The notes under the pieces were generated by a model. The model saw only the letters and a list, made by a program, of their open reading frames with translations. It ran no database searches and was not told the DNA's origin. This document shows positions 61,401-64,000 of a stretch of DNA of 64,000 nucleotides, piece after piece. The DNA lies in NCBI GenBank assembly GCA_002104905.1, contig MCFE01000030.1, positions 62,001 to 126,000 on the forward strand. Direction: 5' to 3'. This stretch comes from Basidiobolus meristosporus CBS 931.73 (lineage: Eukaryota > Fungi > Basidiobolomycota). Positions within the stretch are counted from its first letter, which is position 1. Each line of letters starts with the position of its first letter. The translations under genes were made by a program, and so were the position numbers.

Positions 61401-63362
61401 CAGGATGAGCAGACAATACATGTATAGCAATCAATTTCCTAAGTAGAGACAGCAGTATCTTTGCTGTAGAGGAGGAACTCATGCAGCTCCATGTAACAGC
61501 CAAGAATTGAGCCATTTCCCATTGTATTTGCAGAGGAACAACATAGAGTCTTTGAAGCACAATAACAGTACCCAAAGATAAAGCACTCAGAAAAACATAT
61601 CACAGCATGGGAGGGAGGAAATGTAGTGCTTCTACCAACACATAAAATCAAACACTTTGAAGATATGTGAAGCTGTTAAATGCAATGATGAAGAGTCTGC
61701 AATATTTGGGAGGCCACTAGAAGTCTAGCATCTCTACACCTTGGGTTGTGCATGCCATAGGGGAATCAGGAACTCAAGGCCAAGCAGTATGTGCATGACT
61801 TGTTCAATGAGCATTATCCTGGATTCAAACAGGCAAATAAATTTGGGCAAGAACTAGTATGCCAAAAAGTATCTCAAGAATTGCAGAAACTATCTAAGGC
61901 AGAAGAACATGGGTGCAATGACTAAAATCTGGCAGCTTCCTCAGGTGCCCATTACAAGTAGGGCCAAAGGCTCAAAACAAGCGTCAAAGAGATCTCAGGA
62001 GAGAGATGTCAGGTAGCTGAAAGTGGGCCTGTAAGGAAATAGCAGGCAGGCACAGATGAACCAGCACAACATTTATCAAGAAAAAAGCATAGTTCCACTC
62101 AAGAAGCTCTCAGTCAAAGTAGCAGTGAAGTAACTGGCAGTGACAAAAGCCAGTGGCTACATCAGGAGCCCATCACAGCATGGGCTGAGAGCTCAAGACA
62201 TGCGGGAAAGATGTATCAGGTTGCCCTCAGAGTGCCAGCAAGGGACAAGCAAGCCAAAACAGATGCATCAGAGCTGCATTCATCAAGCAGAAAAATAGCA
62301 CCAGACAAGAGGCACTCAGACAAAGTAGTAGTGAAAGACCTGGCAGTGATGAAGGAAAAGGTAAAGGGAAAAAAGTCTTCCCAAGCCAGAGACTGGAAAG
62401 TATTAGAAAAAAGCTGCAGTTCTTGCAGTTAAAGCAGTAAGCCTGGAACTGACTGAATCCTGTCATATCTAAGAAGAATTATTAACAAGAAAACAGCTGC
62501 TTTTAAAAGAGTTGGAAGTGCTGCTAGTTAAGCACCACTCCAGTGAGGTGGATGAGTTTTCAGAGAAAGGTAATTTATTTATCACAGCCACCATATCCTC
62601 AATTGTATACAGAGTGGAGATCTCACTGACAGACAAAGCAACAATGTCATGAGCTCAGAATACTATCACAATGCCTACAGTGGAATTCTGGGACATTAAT
62701 AGGCACACCTAGTGGTTGCAATGCTTCTTCAAGAGCAGTGCTTAAGAAAACACACATGAGTATTGCAAGGATTTATTGCAACAACTGGCAAATGAGGTTT
62801 TAGATCTTGCAGTCCTGGCAAAAGACCAGGATGAATGGGAACCAGTGATTGAACAGTTGCATAAAGCTGTTGGGTTCCCACCAAAGTCAGGCAACAGATC
62901 ATTACAGCAGAAATACATATTGGGTGGTGGATTTTAATGCAGTTACTTGTTGAGTGTGGGGTTGAGCTTAATGTTAGTGTTGGAGATGTGGACTTGTAGA
63001 GGTTAATAAAATTGACAATTGAGATAAAAGTAAAGTCTTAATGGAAATAAATCAATCTGCATGCATGAAAAGTAAGAGAAACTGTTAAGTCAGGAAGAGG
63101 CAATAGCCAATAAATGCACGCAAATGTAGGAGGTGACTGAATGTCTACAATATGATAGAGAGAAAATTGGCAGAGAGCCAATCAGAGCCACCTATGTATT
63201 GTTGTGATGCCAAATTTTGCCCAAGTATTGTGTGAAATATGGGGTGCAAGTATTTTTTTATGGTCTTTGCACAGTGTCCTGATGGGATCAATACCTGCAG
63301 TCACAGGACTTTAAGTCTGTGATGCTCTTTTGACAAGAACATCACAATAACTTAGCATTGGG
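58480..63362. mobile_element. EnSpm-like copy 4: transposase remnants on minus (58480-59620, 60180-60930), ORF2 remnant on plus (~61000-63060)
   Basis: Collinear similarity to copy 1, e.g. aaaataatttggtcc at 58487 and gatgaacagt…gttgggttccca at ~62850. An unrelated segment lies at ~59620-60180. Confidence 0.7.
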
Positions 63363-64000
63363 TAGATGCTTTGTAGAGGTACACACTCTCAGGAGGCAAG
63401 AAGAAAGGACTTTGCTTTAATTGTTGCTGGCAAGGGAATATCTCCAAGTACTGCCCTCAGAGAAGAAATGGGCACTGTGGTGGTGTATAAGTCCAAGGAA
63501 GAGATACTTCCAACACTTCTCAAGTGTTTTGTGTGTGGGGTGTTCACTGGGTGCAATAACCTCTGGCAAAAGCTTGCTAGGAATACTTGGGTTCTGTCTC
63601 TAATCTAATGTGAAGGGGAATAAAGCCACAAGCTTGTCAAGGGAAAACTATTGAGCTACAATCCCCAACTTAGTTGGCATCTTAACAAAAGTATGTGCTG
63701 GGTTCAGCGTCCTTTGAGATGACAATGTACTAAAGCTTCCAAAGTCAAAACAACTGTAAACTCCACCAGCAGGGACTTGATAAGAATGCAGCTGAGGTCA
63801 ATAGTTACAAAGACAGAAAAGTATCTTTGCCTGTACAAGAACAAACTTGGGAAAGAATCAAATATAATAAAAGATACCTACTCTGAGTATTCCTCACAAG
63901 TAGTGCCTCCAAGGTCAGTTGGCTGTCAGCATGGTTTCCTGGGAGTGTCCAGTGGTCTAGGGTTGGAAGTTCAGGTAGCAGCAGGTAGCAGTGATCATAC
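63363..64000 (-). repeat. Second copy of the LTR-like element region, containing the empty site of the PIF-like insertion
   Basis: Near-identical reverse complement of 43866-44125 joined directly to 40160-40444 at …gagatgacAATgtactaaagc…. Confidence 0.85.

Noticed and set aside
1-64000. CRISPR arrays, rRNA, tRNA or prokaryotic operons
   Set aside because: None seen; no regularly spaced repeat-spacer pattern or recognisable structural RNA, and the DNA is eukaryotic.

Overview
Eukaryotic, fungal-type DNA with short (about 50-75 nt) spliceosomal introns. U12-type introns and the gene content point to an early-diverging lineage such as Zoopagomycota or Mucoromycota (inference). The left ~34.4 kb is gene-rich with ordinary CpG content. 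It holds a decayed Pho87/Pho91-type SPX gene, an ALDH8A1-like dehydrogenase, an orphan 7TM protein, RAD2/XPG, ALG7, trihelix, INO4-like bHLH and CREB-like bZIP transcription factors, a DUF4097-like membrane protein, two DUF4436 paralogs and an amino-acid permease. The right ~29.6 kb is a strongly CpG-depleted nest of transposons: scrambled Ty1/copia fragments, LTR-like repeats, several decayed CMC/EnSpm (CACTA-like) elements and one apparently intact two-gene PIF/Harbinger-superfamily element. Highlights: (i) two textbook U12-type AT-AC introns in RAD2; (ii) the DUF4436 pair carries the motif order of pentameric ligand-gated ion channels (Pro-loop YPFD, pre-M1 Arg, M1-M3); (iii) a 3418-bp PIF-like element with 10-bp TIRs and an ATT target duplication whose empty site is present in the same window; (iv) an EnSpm-like element inserted into its own family in inverted orientation. 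All calls come from manual reading; no searches were run.
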